In this document: in pieces, positions 9,543 to 19,445 of the stretch
How the letters are laid out: each line of letters opens with the position of its first letter
Position numbering within the stretch: position 1 is the first letter of the stretch
Source of the DNA: a bacterium
GTDB taxonomy: Bacteria > UBA10199 > 2-02-FULL-44-16 > JAAZCA01
NCBI GenBank assembly: GCA_963674695.2
Contig: CAXXGI010000003.1
Coordinates: 32,001 to 96,000, forward strand
Direction of reading: 5' to 3'
Length of the DNA stretch: 64,000 bases
The notes under the pieces: generated by a model
What the model was told of the DNA's origin: nothing
Databases searched by the model: none
Seen by the model: only the letters and a program-made list of their open reading frames with translations
Made by a program: the position numbers and the translations under genes

Positions 9543-9647
9543 TTTCACGGTTCACGGTTCACGGATTACGAGTTACGAGTTACGAGTTACGAGTCACGAG
9601 TTACGAGTCACGAGTTACGAGTCACGAGTCACGAGTCACGAGTCACG
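9543..9647. repeat. Tandem heptamer array (GTTCACG/AGTTACG/AGTCACG), 15 units
   Basis: Read directly; complementary to (GTGAACG)x2 at 9432-9445. Confidence 0.9.
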
Positions 9648-9658
9648 GAGGTTGTTCC

Positions 9659-11272
9659 ATGCCGCGATCGCTGCGCGATGAACTCATCGCGATCCAAAAA
9701 AAACTCTGGCGGTGGAATAAAGACCTGATCGATCATTCCGTCCTCGTCAAAGAGCCTGGTTTCGATGCGTATGAGCAGAACTACAAGCGCGCCGTGCACG
9801 ACTATGCGCGCGCTTCCAATCAGGATGAGATGATCGAGGCGGTGCTCCAGTCGAACGTCATCTTCGTCGGCGATTATCACACCTGCAATCAGTCGCAACG
9901 CTCGTTCCTGCGCATCCTCAAAGAGGTGGTGCGCCATGACCCGAGTGTGATGGTGGGGTTGGAGCTGTTGCACAAGAAGAGCCAGTCCTCCCTCGACGAG
10001 TATATGGACGGTGCCATCAGCGAGAAGACCTTCCTGCGTCGCATCAAGTTGGAGGAGCACTGGGTCTTCGATCTCTGGGAGAACTTCAAACCGATCTTCG
10101 ATTTTTGCCGCTACCACGGCACGGAGCTCTTCGCCATCGATGCGGCGCGGGTTGGTTCCAACGTGCGCACGCGCGATCGGAAGAGCGCGCATCTCATCGC
10201 TGATATCCTCGAGGAACACCCGGGGCGGCGTCTCTTCGTCTTCATCGGCGATCTGCACCTGGCTCCGAAGCATCTGCCCCGCGATGTCGCGATGGAACTC
10301 AAACGTCGCAATTTGCCCTTTCATCCGCTCATCCTTTTTCAGAACAGTGAAAACATCTACTGGAAGCTGGCCGAGGCCGGCGTCGAGGACTGGATCGAGG
10401 TGGTCAAGCTTCGCGATGGCAATTTTTGTCGGATGCATACGCCGCCGGTGGTGGAACAGCGCTCCTACCTCAATTGGCTGGAGCACGAGGAGGGGGAGAT
10501 CGACTATGCCGATGCCAAGTCGAGCTTCTTGGAGATTGTGGAGCGGCTCTGTGAATTTTTGGGGATTCGCCTCGGACGCGAGCGTGATGACGTGGAGATC
10601 TTCACCTGCGGCGATCTGAGTTTTCTGCGACAGCTGCGCGATCGGGGCGATTTTTCGAAGGATGAGATCGACATCATCAAACGTCAGATCCTGGCCAGCG
10701 AGAGCTACTACATAGCCCAGACCAAATTCGTCTATCTGGCGAACCTCTCCATCAATCACGCCGCTGAGGAGGCTTCGCATTTTATCAAGAGCGTCTGTTC
10801 GGGACCGGAAGAGCCGCGCTTCGTCGTCGATGCGTTCTATGCCAACTGCTTGCATGAGGCGTTGGGATTCTTCGGCTCGAAGGTCATCAATCATAAACGA
10901 AAGTGTTTTCACGAGCGCGATTTCAAGAGTCTGTTGTCCTATTTTCAGACGGTGCGCATCCCGGAGGAGCGTCGCCTCGAATACGAGACCGCGCACCTGG
11001 TCATGGAATACAAAAAACTCGAACGGAGCGGCAAGGCGCTTTCGCGCACGGAGATCTTTCGCAGCCGCATGGACCTGTTTCTCTCGGTGACGCATGCCAT
11101 CGGGTATATGCTCGGCGATCGCCTCTACTACGGCCTCATGTCCGGCGTGATCAAAAAACCACTTTTAAAGCAGCTCTTCTGCGACCCCTGGGCGGAGGAG
11201 GGCGATCCCGTCGAAGTCTACATGAACCTCTGGCAGAAGCTGCGCAAAGTGAAACTGCCGAGGCGAATGTAA
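9659..11272 (+). CDS. ChaN/Tiki-superfamily domain protein with a C-terminal extension
   Basis: VIFVGDYHT, VGLELL, FKPIFDF and FIGDLHL motifs of the ChaN-like fold; no signal peptide. Confidence 0.65.
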   Translation: MPRSLRDELIAIQKKLWRWNKDLIDHSVLVKEPGFDAYEQNYKRAVHDYARASNQDEMIEAVLQSNVIFVGDYHTCNQSQRSFLRILKEVVRHDPSVMVGLELLHKKSQSSLDEYMDGAISEKTFLRRIKLEEHWVFDLWENFKPIFDFCRYHGTELFAIDAARVGSNVRTRDRKSAHLIADILEEHPGRRLFVFIGDLHLAPKHLPRDVAMELKRRNLPFHPLILFQNSENIYWKLAEAGVEDWIEVVKLRDGNFCRMHTPPVVEQRSYLNWLEHEEGEIDYADAKSSFLEIVERLCEFLGIRLGRERDDVEIFTCGDLSFLRQLRDRGDFSKDEIDIIKRQILASESYYIAQTKFVYLANLSINHAAEEASHFIKSVCSGPEEPRFVVDAFYANCLHEALGFFGSKVINHKRKCFHERDFKSLLSYFQTVRIPEERRLEYETAHLVMEYKKLERSGKALSRTEIFRSRMDLFLSVTHAIGYMLGDRLYYGLMSGVIKKPLLKQLFCDPWAEEGDPVEVYMNLWQKLRKVKLPRRM

Positions 11273-11340
11273 AAAAAACAACACCTCGAAGGGCGAAGAG
11301 GCCGAGGGGCGAGGGACGAAAAGGACGAAGAACGCCGAAC

Positions 11341-11373
11341 AAAAAACCCCCGAGTTTTCACTCGGGGGTTTTT
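11341..11373. terminator. Bidirectional intrinsic terminator
   Basis: AAAAAACCCCCGAG-tttca-CTCGGGGGTTTTT between convergent genes; a similar hairpin at 11541-11568. Confidence 0.8.
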
Positions 11374-11418
11374 GCATGCGGCTGATAACCAAACGATTAT
11401 CCCAGCAAAACCAAAGAC

Positions 11419-11516
11419 TGTCATTCCCGCCCCCGATTCAATCATTCGAGGGCAGGCTCCGGCGGGAATCTCGATTGTGACGGCACGTCGAGATCCCCGC
11501 TTTCGCGGGGATGACA
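11419..11516. repeat. dRS3/REP-like inverted palindrome pair
   Basis: TGTCATTCCCGC...GCGGGAATCTCGA...TCGAGATCCCCGCTTTCGCGGGGATGACA. Confidence 0.8.
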
Positions 11517-11581
11517 ACAGCCGGGTTTGTCATCACTCTCAACCCCCGAGCTTTCGCCCGGGGGTTTTCTCAGGTTCATCC

Positions 11582-12904
11582 TTACATATCGTAGTACTCA
11601 TTTCCCAAGTGCGTGATCTGTTCTTCGCCCATGAGATAGCGCAGCGTGTTCTTGAGTTTCATCTCCTGGATGAAGAGGTTGTGCTCGGCGTAGAGGCCGG
11701 GCGCGGTCATCGGCGACTTGAAGTAGAAGGAGAGCCACTCCTGCGTGCCGCGCAGACCCGCGCGCTTGGCCAGATCGCAGAAAAGGGCGAGGTCGAGGAC
11801 CAATGGCGCGGCTAAAATCGAGTCGCGGCAGAGGAAGTCGATCTTGATCTGCATCGGGTAGTTCATCCACCCGAAGATATCGATGTTGTCCCAACCCTCT
11901 TTCTCATCACCGCGCGGCGGATAGTAGTTGATGCGCACCTTGTGGTAGATGTCGCCGTAGAGGTCGGGATTGACCTCCGGCTGGAGGATCGTGTCGAGCA
12001 CGGAGAGCTTGCTCTCCTCTTTCGTCTTGAACGAACCCGGATCGTCGAGGACCTCGCCGTCGCGGTTGCCCAGGATGTTCGTCGAGAACCATCCCTTGAG
12101 CCCCAGATAGCGGGCCTTGAGTCCCGGTGCCAGGATCGTCTTCATCAGCGTCTGACCCGTCTTGAAATCCTTGCCACAGATCGGCGTGCGCGTCTCTTTG
12201 GCCAACTCCTGCAGCGCCGGGGTGTCGACGGTGAGGTTGGGGGCGCCGTTGGCAAACGGGACGCCGAGCTTGAGGGCGGCATAGGCGTAGAGCATCGAGG
12301 GGGCGATGGTTGCATCGTCCGCATCGAGTGCCTTTTCAAACGCCTTGAGCGTTTGATGGGCGTCGCCGAGTTCGGCGAAGGTCTCGGTCGAGGCACACCA
12401 GACCATGACCACGCGACTGACGCCGCGTTCCTTCTTGAACTGCTCGATGTCGCGGATGATGCCGTCGGCCAGCGCGCGCCGCGTGCCCTGCTTCACATAG
12501 GTGCCGTCGAGTTTTTTGACCCAGTTGCGGTCGAACGCGCCCTTCCAGGGCTTGATCGCGGCCAGCGCTTCGCGGTTGGCTTCGAGGTCGGTCGGGGAGA
12601 GCACGCCCGCCTTCTTCGCGGCGAGATAGGCGTCGTCTTCGAAGATGTCCCAGGCGCCGATCTCGATGTCGGTCAGATTCGCCAGCGGAGCGAAGTCACG
12701 GATGAGTGGATGACGGTCGTCGGTGCGCTTGCCCAGGCGGATGGTCCCCATCTGGGTGAGCGAGCCGATCGGCTTTGCCTTTCCCTTCCGGATGGCATCG
12801 AGGCCCGCGATGAAGGTCGTGCTGATGGCCCCGAGGCCGACGAGCACGATGCCGAGTTTGCCCTCGGCGGGGGCGATCGTGTGGGGTTTCGAGGTAGTCG
12901 TCAT
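11582..12904 (-). CDS. ino1: myo-inositol-1(3)-phosphate synthase
   Basis: GLGAISTT, WCASTE, FANGAPN, GKDFKTGQT, STNILGNRDG, KEGWDNID, CRDSILAAP motifs; AAGGAG RBS. Confidence 0.95.
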   Translation of the reverse strand: MTTTSKPHTIAPAEGKLGIVLVGLGAISTTFIAGLDAIRKGKAKPIGSLTQMGTIRLGKRTDDRHPLIRDFAPLANLTDIEIGAWDIFEDDAYLAAKKAGVLSPTDLEANREALAAIKPWKGAFDRNWVKKLDGTYVKQGTRRALADGIIRDIEQFKKERGVSRVVMVWCASTETFAELGDAHQTLKAFEKALDADDATIAPSMLYAYAALKLGVPFANGAPNLTVDTPALQELAKETRTPICGKDFKTGQTLMKTILAPGLKARYLGLKGWFSTNILGNRDGEVLDDPGSFKTKEESKLSVLDTILQPEVNPDLYGDIYHKVRINYYPPRGDEKEGWDNIDIFGWMNYPMQIKIDFLCRDSILAAPLVLDLALFCDLAKRAGLRGTQEWLSFYFKSPMTAPGLYAEHNLFIQEMKLKNTLRYLMGEEQITHLGNEYYDM

Positions 12905-12973
12905 GTGTATTCTCCTTGAGTTGAGGATCGTTCGATTTTGAGCTTGATACCTTGGGGGGATTGTATTAGTCAA

Positions 12974-13001
12974 ATTAATAATATTACTCACATCTATTAA
13001 T
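12974..13001. promoter_or_regulatory. Candidate LysR operator in the AT-rich ino1/lysR intergenic region
   Basis: Inverted repeat ATTAATA-N14-TATTAAT between divergent genes. Confidence 0.4.
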
Positions 13002-13021
13002 AAGACTTATCGGTGGTGCCT

Positions 13022-13939
13022 ATGGAACTGCGACAACTCCATCTCTTTTGCGAGGTCTATCGCCAGCGGGGGTTTTCCGCGGCGGCCCGGCATCTGGGGC
13101 TGACCCAGTCGGCGGTCAGTCAGGCGGTGCGTGCACTCGAAACGGAATTGGGCGTATCGCTCTTCGACGCGAGCGACCGTTCGCGGCCGACGGCATCGGG
13201 CGATTATCTCTTTCGTGAGGGGGGGCTCATCCGCTCTCAGGTGGATGACCTCTGCAACGGTATTCGCACGGTCGGCGGCGTTGGCGGAGGCACGGTCAAG
13301 TTCGGCATGATCGATGTTGCCGCGACCCATCTCCTGCCGGGCGTTTTGCACGAGTTCAAGAAGGTCTCTCCCGACATCAAGATCGAGGCGGTGGTCAAGG
13401 CCAGCGGCGAACTGATGCTCATGGTCGAGCGCAACGAACTCGATTTTGCCATCGTCGTCACCAATGACATTCCCGATTCCCTGAAGCGATCCGAGATCTA
13501 TCATGACTCGATCGTGGCGATCGTGCCGGAGGGGAGTCCGCTTTCGCGATCGAAGATCGCCGTGACCGATCTTCGCGGCGAGCCGCTCATCCTCTATCCG
13601 CAGTCCTCCCATTCGCGGCAATTGATCGAAGCCGTCTTTCGCGAAGCCGGCATTACCCCCGCCGTCAGTATGGAGTTGCACTATCCGGCGGCGATCCTGG
13701 CGCTGGTGCAGGAGGGGATGGGTGTGGGCCTCATCTCGGAGCTCTCCGCTCGCGAACACGCCCTGGAGGGGCTCGTCATCGTTCCCGTTGCGGAGCTCGT
13801 TCAGGCGCGCCAAATCGGTATCGTCGCGCGCCGCAAGCGACGTTCCTCGCCTCAGGCGCAGGCGCTCATGGAGCGGGTCGGGCGTCTTTCGGGGTTGACC
13901 GGTCCCATCGGCAAGAAGGGGCGCTCCTCACGGAAATGA
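13022..13939 (+). CDS. LysR family transcriptional regulator
   Basis: MELRQL..F...GFSAAARHLGLTQSAVSQAVRALETELGVSLF HTH followed by a substrate-binding domain. Confidence 0.95.
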   Translation: MELRQLHLFCEVYRQRGFSAAARHLGLTQSAVSQAVRALETELGVSLFDASDRSRPTASGDYLFREGGLIRSQVDDLCNGIRTVGGVGGGTVKFGMIDVAATHLLPGVLHEFKKVSPDIKIEAVVKASGELMLMVERNELDFAIVVTNDIPDSLKRSEIYHDSIVAIVPEGSPLSRSKIAVTDLRGEPLILYPQSSHSRQLIEAVFREAGITPAVSMELHYPAAILALVQEGMGVGLISELSAREHALEGLVIVPVAELVQARQIGIVARRKRRSSPQAQALMERVGRLSGLTGPIGKKGRSSRK

Positions 13940-14047
13940 ACGGAGCATGAAAAAAGTGCGCAACTTTTTCCGCTGAGTTGCGATAAGGAGGGTGAAAGGA
14001 GCGGGCGACCGTTCGAACGTGCAATACAAAAAGGGAGCGAATACAAT

Positions 14048-14386
14048 ATGATACGCAAGATCCTCCAGGTTCTCTCCGGCGCCGATGCGGCAACCCCTGT
14101 TCCGATCGAAGAGGAACGCCGAACGGACAAGTCAAAAAAGCTCCTGGATGTGGCGCACGAGGCGATCATCGAGGAGGATGGCGAGGGGCTCAAGGGGCTC
14201 ATCCGTCTTGGCGGGCCAAATGCCGAACGGCAGCGTTTCAAGGGGAAGGTGCGCAAGAAGGTCTGGGACACGGTGAAGGATGAGTTTGGGTTTGCCGATG
14301 AGGCGATGGTGGATGAGATCACCGACCGCATCGACGATGTCGCCACAGCCGATCCGCGCTATGAAAAGCTCTTCGATTCAGAGTGA
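14048..14386 (+). CDS. Hypothetical protein
   Basis: GGGAG RBS, host-like codon usage, acidic helical sequence. Confidence 0.65.
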   Translation: MIRKILQVLSGADAATPVPIEEERRTDKSKKLLDVAHEAIIEEDGEGLKGLIRLGGPNAERQRFKGKVRKKVWDTVKDEFGFADEAMVDEITDRIDDVATADPRYEKLFDSE

Positions 14387-14397
14387 GTACAGCATGG

Positions 14398-14471
14398 TGT
14401 CATTCTGAGGGAGGAACGACCGAAGAATCTCATGTGTTTGCAGGGGATCCTTCATTGCACTCAGGATGACA
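14398..14471. repeat. REP-like palindrome (GTCATTCTGAG...CTCAGGATGAC)
   Basis: Inverted ends TGTCATTCTGAG / CTCAGGATGACA. Confidence 0.7.
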
Positions 14472-14663
14472 ACAACAGGAATGATCACTTTTTCTCGGGT
14501 CCGCTTGACGGGCCCGATTTTTTTTGTGCGCGGGCATCGACGTCCATCGCCGAGGATTGTTGGCGTGGTTGAGCTGCATCATGATGTAGAGGACGAGGTA
14601 GGCCGCGGTGTTGTAGACCACGAGGATGGAGCGCAGCAGAAATGATTTAAGTCGTTCGCCCAT
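14430..14663 (-). CDS. Possible small membrane protein
   Basis: GAGG RBS and one hydrophobic segment; follows the aldolase gene; C-terminus runs into a REP element. Confidence 0.4.
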   Translation of the reverse strand: MGERLKSFLLRSILVVYNTAAYLVLYIMMQLNHANNPRRWTSMPAHKKNRARQADPRKSDHSCCCHPECNEGSPANT

Positions 14664-14691
14664 GGGTGACGTCTAACCTCGCTTGAGGGAA

Positions 14692-15375
14692 TCAGTCCAG
14701 CAGATCGATCAGCGTCTGCGAGATCTGTTGGCCGAGTTTGCGTGCCTGCTTGGTCAGTTTTCTCAGCTCGGTCGTCGTCATCGGTTCGATCGAGCCCATG
14801 GAGCTGACCAGATAGGCCACGCGCGCGATGTGTTCCAAGTGTTCCAGACGGTTGAAGGCGTCCTGCAGGTCGTCGCCCAACACGAGTACGCCGTGGCGCT
14901 CGAGCAGGAAGGCGCTGTGCTTTTCCAGAACGGGGCGCAGAACATCAGCCATCTCGTCCGTTCCCGGCGTGGCATACGGCACCGATGGAACCGAGCCGAT
15001 ATAGATGGCCAGCTCCGGCAGCAGCATCTCCGTGAGCGAGATGCCCGCGAGCGAGCAGGCCAGACAGTAGTGCGGATGGGCGTGTACGGCCGCCGTGATG
15101 TCTTGGCGCCGACGATAGACGGCGCGATGCATGGCGATCTCGGACGAGGGGGTCTGCGCGGAATCGCGCGGATTGCCGTCGGCATCGCAGGCGACGATCA
15201 TGTCGGCGGTGACGGCATCCTTGCGCGTCGCTCTCGGCGTGATGAGAAAACCGTCCCCGTCGCGCACCGAGACGTTTCCGGAGGTGGCCACGAGGTAGTT
15301 CTTCTCACAGAGCCGATGGCAGACATCGGCCATCGACTCACGCGTATCCGTTTTCCATGTGCGTACATTCATCAT
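14692..15375 (-). CDS. Class II aldolase/adducin family protein
   Basis: SGNVSVR, LITP, PSSEIAMH, VHAHP, LLERHG metal-binding motifs. Confidence 0.9.
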   Translation of the reverse strand: MMNVRTWKTDTRESMADVCHRLCEKNYLVATSGNVSVRDGDGFLITPRATRKDAVTADMIVACDADGNPRDSAQTPSSEIAMHRAVYRRRQDITAAVHAHPHYCLACSLAGISLTEMLLPELAIYIGSVPSVPYATPGTDEMADVLRPVLEKHSAFLLERHGVLVLGDDLQDAFNRLEHLEHIARVAYLVSSMGSIEPMTTTELRKLTKQARKLGQQISQTLIDLLD

Positions 15376-15403
15376 ACGAGTCACGAGTTACGAGTCAGGG
15401 CAA

Positions 15404-16420
15404 TCACACTTGTTCGATGAGCTCCTCTTCCTCCCAGACGCGTTTGCGATCGTGCGCTCCCAAAAAGAGCAGCCCCAGCATAATCCAGAAGGCCGCGCGC
15501 ATGCGCTTGGCGATCTGAATCGTGATGCCGATCGAGGGATCCAGGTGCAGCAGGTAGAGCGTGCCGCTGTAGGCGCCTTCCATGACGCCAATCGCGCCCG
15601 GCACGAAGGTGAAGACCGCATTGATCACGGGGGCGAGTGCGGTCAGCATCAGGGCGGCGAAGAGCGTGAAATCATCCGAGCAGATGCGGCCGACCGCATA
15701 GATCTCGATGACGCCCAGCAGACGCCCCACGATATGACAGGCCAGGGCGATGAGAAAGCCGCGGTGGCTCTCGTTGTAGAAATCGACGATATGCGTGTCC
15801 AGTTCCGTGAAGCGCTTCACCGTCTTTTCTGAGAACTCGCGTTTGATGCCGATGCGACGACAGGCGTTGAGCAACAGGCCGAACAGCCCGCGCCGTTGGT
15901 GGATGAGGATGAACGTCAGAAACGCGGCCGAGACGACGAGCGCGATCGGAACGCCGTAGGTGATATTGGCCGAGAGTTCGTCGAAGGTGAGGAAGGCGAC
16001 GCTGATGCCGAGGATCACGACGATGAGGATCGCCGCGCTGTGCAGCGTGCGGTCGACGACCACGGAGGCCGCGCCCTCGGAGACGGGAAAGTTTTTGCGC
16101 AACAGATAGATGCGCATCGGATCGCCGCCGATGAAGTTGGCGGGGGTGAGCGTGTTGACCGCTTCGCCCGCGATCTTGATGCGGAAGAGCTCCCAGAATC
16201 GGATGCCGTCTCTCAACCGATGGAGGAACTGCATCCAGGCCTCGGTGTAGAGCATGTACCAGCACAATCCGATGGTGAGGATGGGGATAAAGCGCCACCC
16301 GATCGTCCGAATGTTGGCGACGATCGTGTCGACGCCGATCTTGCGGACGATGAACACCAACAGGATGGCGCCGATGACCAGGGATACGCCCCGAAGCATG
16401 AAACTGAGTTTTTTCTTCAT
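15404..16420 (-). CDS. Lysylphosphatidylglycerol synthase TM / flippase-like protein
   Basis: GEAVNTLTPANFIGGDPMR, VVDR and FVPGAIGVMEG motifs; polytopic. Confidence 0.85.
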   Translation of the reverse strand: MKKKLSFMLRGVSLVIGAILLVFIVRKIGVDTIVANIRTIGWRFIPILTIGLCWYMLYTEAWMQFLHRLRDGIRFWELFRIKIAGEAVNTLTPANFIGGDPMRIYLLRKNFPVSEGAASVVVDRTLHSAAILIVVILGISVAFLTFDELSANITYGVPIALVVSAAFLTFILIHQRRGLFGLLLNACRRIGIKREFSEKTVKRFTELDTHIVDFYNESHRGFLIALACHIVGRLLGVIEIYAVGRICSDDFTLFAALMLTALAPVINAVFTFVPGAIGVMEGAYSGTLYLLHLDPSIGITIQIAKRMRAAFWIMLGLLFLGAHDRKRVWEEEELIEQV

Positions 16421-17151
16421 ACGCAAAAATCCTGTTCACGGTGAAGGGTTGTTTCCGCCAGGGCGCGATCTTCTGGCGTATCCACCTCGAGCCACCGTAG
16501 CCCAGAGACGTTACAGATGGTGATCGGTCGGCCTTGGCGCGCCAGCCAGCCCAGGACCCATTCCACGGAGGCCGCATCGCCTTCTTCGCGTCGGGTCGCC
16601 GCAACCGCTTCGCGATATTCCGCGAGACGATCTGCGGTGCAGGCGGTCATGCCGATGTAGCCGCCGTCGAAATCGGTCAGCGTCTTGCGAATGCGCGCAA
16701 GCGTCCCGTCGGGATGACGCTTGATCTTCATGTCATCCGCTCCGAGCTCGCGGTCGAAATCGCAGATCGCGGTGAGGCCTTTGCGTTCGTCTAGCACCCG
16801 CGCGATCATGCGGCGCGGATAGATGTGGTCGACGTTCATGAGCAGAAAGTCGCCCTGAATGTGGGGCAGCGCGGCTTCGATGGAACGGATGCTGCCGTCC
16901 CGAAAGTGCGGGTTCTGCACGATGGTTGCCTTCGGATAGTGTTCCTTCAGGAAGGCCGCGAAGACCTCGTGCTGATAACCGGTGACGACCACGTGTTCGC
17001 TCACGTCGGGGTGTTCGGTGGCGTCAAAGACGCGCCGGATCAGCTCCCGATCCGCCACGGGGACCATCGCCTTAGGGTGGTTTTGCGTCAGTTCGCCCAG
17101 GCGGCTGCCGAGCCCTGCGGCCAAGATGACGATCTGTACGGGTTCTGTCAC
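16417..17151 (-). CDS. NTP transferase (inositol-1-phosphate/phosphocholine cytidylyltransferase-like)
   Basis: ILAAGLGSRL..PK, GGYIG and WLEVDTPED motifs; GTG start after AGGAGG. Confidence 0.85.
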   Translation of the reverse strand: MTEPVQIVILAAGLGSRLGELTQNHPKAMVPVADRELIRRVFDATEHPDVSEHVVVTGYQHEVFAAFLKEHYPKATIVQNPHFRDGSIRSIEAALPHIQGDFLLMNVDHIYPRRMIARVLDERKGLTAICDFDRELGADDMKIKRHPDGTLARIRKTLTDFDGGYIGMTACTADRLAEYREAVAATRREEGDAASVEWVLGWLARQGRPITICNVSGLRWLEVDTPEDRALAETTLHREQDFCV

Positions 17152-17167
17152 GACGGGTTCTCCTCCT

Positions 17168-17812
17168 CTACACATGGGCCTTGAGCTCCGCCAGGTGCGT
17201 GATGATCAGCGCCTGCGGGAATGCGGCATGGAAGTCTGTGCGGCTGAAGGTGCCTTCCTTGCCGATGAAGTCGATGCCGAAATCGGAGGCGCGTTCGCCG
17301 TCCTTGAGCGAGTCGCCGACAAAGGTGATGGCCGCGCGGTCGACGCCGAGCGCTTCCTGAATGTGGTAAAAGTGATCCGCCCCTTTGGCGAAGTTCGGCT
17401 TGAATCCGAGGGTCAGGTCGAAGGGGATGCCCGCCTGCGCGACGAATTGATCGACCAGGTGCTGAAAGTTGTTCGAGGAGACGGCGGTCTTGATGCCGTG
17501 TTCGCGCAAAAAGACGATCGTTTCGATGACATCATCGAAGAGTGGTTCGTCGAAGTAGCCGTCGAGTTTCTCCGCTTCGAATTCCTCGGCGGCGCGATCG
17601 TTGAGCGCGTGCCCGGGGAAGATGACTTCGAGCTGCTGAAAGAAGGGGATGCCCGATGTCTCGAGGTAGCGTCGGCGCGCCGTCTCCGCGTCGATGTCGA
17701 AGTGGCGCGGCATCACCTTCGCGGCGACGTCGGCGAATGCGCTCATCGAATCGACGATCGTTCCGTCAAAGTCGAAGGCGACCACAGATTTTCCTTTCAA
17801 TCGTTTCGTCAT
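17168..17812 (-). CDS. HAD family phosphatase
   Basis: FDFDGTIVDS motif I, VSSN, FVGDSLKD motif IV. Confidence 0.9.
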   Translation of the reverse strand: MTKRLKGKSVVAFDFDGTIVDSMSAFADVAAKVMPRHFDIDAETARRRYLETSGIPFFQQLEVIFPGHALNDRAAEEFEAEKLDGYFDEPLFDDVIETIVFLREHGIKTAVSSNNFQHLVDQFVAQAGIPFDLTLGFKPNFAKGADHFYHIQEALGVDRAAITFVGDSLKDGERASDFGIDFIGKEGTFSRTDFHAAFPQALIITHLAELKAHV

Positions 17813-17813
17813 G

Positions 17814-19163
17814 TCAGGCTGATTCTCCCATCTTGGCCCCTGCCGAAGCCGGTGCTGTTGCATCCGCCTTCTTTCGCATCGTCTGCGCGTTCAGATAGGT
17901 GAGTATGATCGCCCCGAAGGTGGTTCCGATTGCGGAGATGAAGAGCCATGAATACAGGACGCCGAAGATCGCGAAACAGAGAAACATAAACGAGAAGACG
18001 TCTTTCTTCAGCGTGTATTTTCCGTATTTGATGAAGAGGATGAGCCAGCGCGGCTGACCCGTCAGGTGCTGCAAAAATTCTTTGTCGTAGGTGACCAGGC
18101 TCGCCGACTGCGTGTGCTGTTTGAGATAGCGAACCATCCAGAAGAGCGTGATGCCTGCCGTGACGATGAGCCACCCACCCACGAGGAAGGCGATGGGCGA
18201 GTGCGTGTGGCGCCAGTAGCCGGCGATCATGCCGATGATGAAACTGGCCAGCGAGAGGTTGTCGCAGAGCGTGTCGGCGTACTGGCCGAACTTACTCTCG
18301 CGGAAGGTCAGTTTGGCCACCTCGCCGTCGCAGCCGTCCACGATGGAGGCGATCTGAAAGAGGATCGCGCCGAGCAGGATCATGTCGTAGCTGTGGCCGT
18401 CGGCGACGAAGACGCCGGAGAAGATGCCGATGATGATGTTCACACCGGTGATGACGTTCGGGCTGATCCAGAGCTTGGCGAGGATGAGGCTGGCTGGCAG
18501 CGAGATGCGCTTGTTGATGTAGCGAGCGACGGGGCCCGACGTGCTGTGGCGGATCGCCTCGGAGAGGTGTTTTTCCGCCACCATGCGATCCTGTGGCTTC
18601 GCGAGGAGAAAGGTGTTCATCTCCGCCGGTTTCTGAACGACGCGCGTCGTCGTGATGTCGAGGAGGTGATTCAGGCAGCTCTCGATCGAGCGCGGGCGTG
18701 CCTCGGCGAATGCCTCCAGCGCCATCCAGGCCGGGCGCGTGACCGCATAGATTGGGAGCGGATGCACGCCTTCGCGGCAGAGCAGCATGCCCTTTCCGGC
18801 GAGCGCCTCTTTTCGGAGCAGGCGCGCCAGCTCCTTTTCGAACAGGAGGTTGGCGTTGATCAGCAGCGTCTTCTCCCCCAGGGTTTCGCCGATGGTGCGG
18901 ACGATCTCGGGGCTGACGCGATAGGGTTCGTCGTAGGTGATGATGTCGATCGTCGGCAGGCGGCTCGGTCGATAGCGCAGCAGAAACCGCGCGATCTGCT
19001 CGCGTTGGGTCTGCGCGATGAGCAGCGTGCAGCGTTCAACGCCCGCCCGGGCCAGCGTCATGATGCCGCGGACGATGAGCGGCACGCCCGCCACCTTGCG
19101 GGTTGCCATCACCATGGCCTCGGGGGTGTCCGAGGGGACGTAGAGAACCGCTTCGGTCTTCAT
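17814..19163 (-). CDS. CDP-alcohol phosphatidyltransferase with an N-terminal degenerate NTP-transferase-like domain
   Basis: SPNVIT and DGCDGEVAK...SKFGQYADTLCD signature; N-terminal KVAGVPLI segment. Confidence 0.9.
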   Translation of the reverse strand: MKTEAVLYVPSDTPEAMVMATRKVAGVPLIVRGIMTLARAGVERCTLLIAQTQREQIARFLLRYRPSRLPTIDIITYDEPYRVSPEIVRTIGETLGEKTLLINANLLFEKELARLLRKEALAGKGMLLCREGVHPLPIYAVTRPAWMALEAFAEARPRSIESCLNHLLDITTTRVVQKPAEMNTFLLAKPQDRMVAEKHLSEAIRHSTSGPVARYINKRISLPASLILAKLWISPNVITGVNIIIGIFSGVFVADGHSYDMILLGAILFQIASIVDGCDGEVAKLTFRESKFGQYADTLCDNLSLASFIIGMIAGYWRHTHSPIAFLVGGWLIVTAGITLFWMVRYLKQHTQSASLVTYDKEFLQHLTGQPRWLILFIKYGKYTLKKDVFSFMFLCFAIFGVLYSWLFISAIGTTFGAIILTYLNAQTMRKKADATAPASAGAKMGESA

Positions 19164-19445
19164 GCGAAAAACCTACCGTGGATGAAAAAAAACCGCCGGA
19201 TGACGCGCATCGGTCGGCCCGATAGACAGCAAAGTTGCTAGTGACTATCAAGATTTGCCGATGGCTGTAAAGGAAATTCCAGGGCGGATTTGTGAGTGAA
19301 AACGAGGGGATAGCAATCTGTCCGGTTTCTGCGGGGGCTTGACGCCACTCCCCATCCGTGGTAGCGGAGTCCACCTTTTTTTCACGATATCAAGCACTTG
19401 GAATGTTTTCCCTTCGATGCCCTCGCGTGTCGAGACTGAGGATTC

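Noticed and set aside
9543-9647. Possible CRISPR array
   Set aside because: 7-bp tandem units without unique spacers; no cas genes in the window
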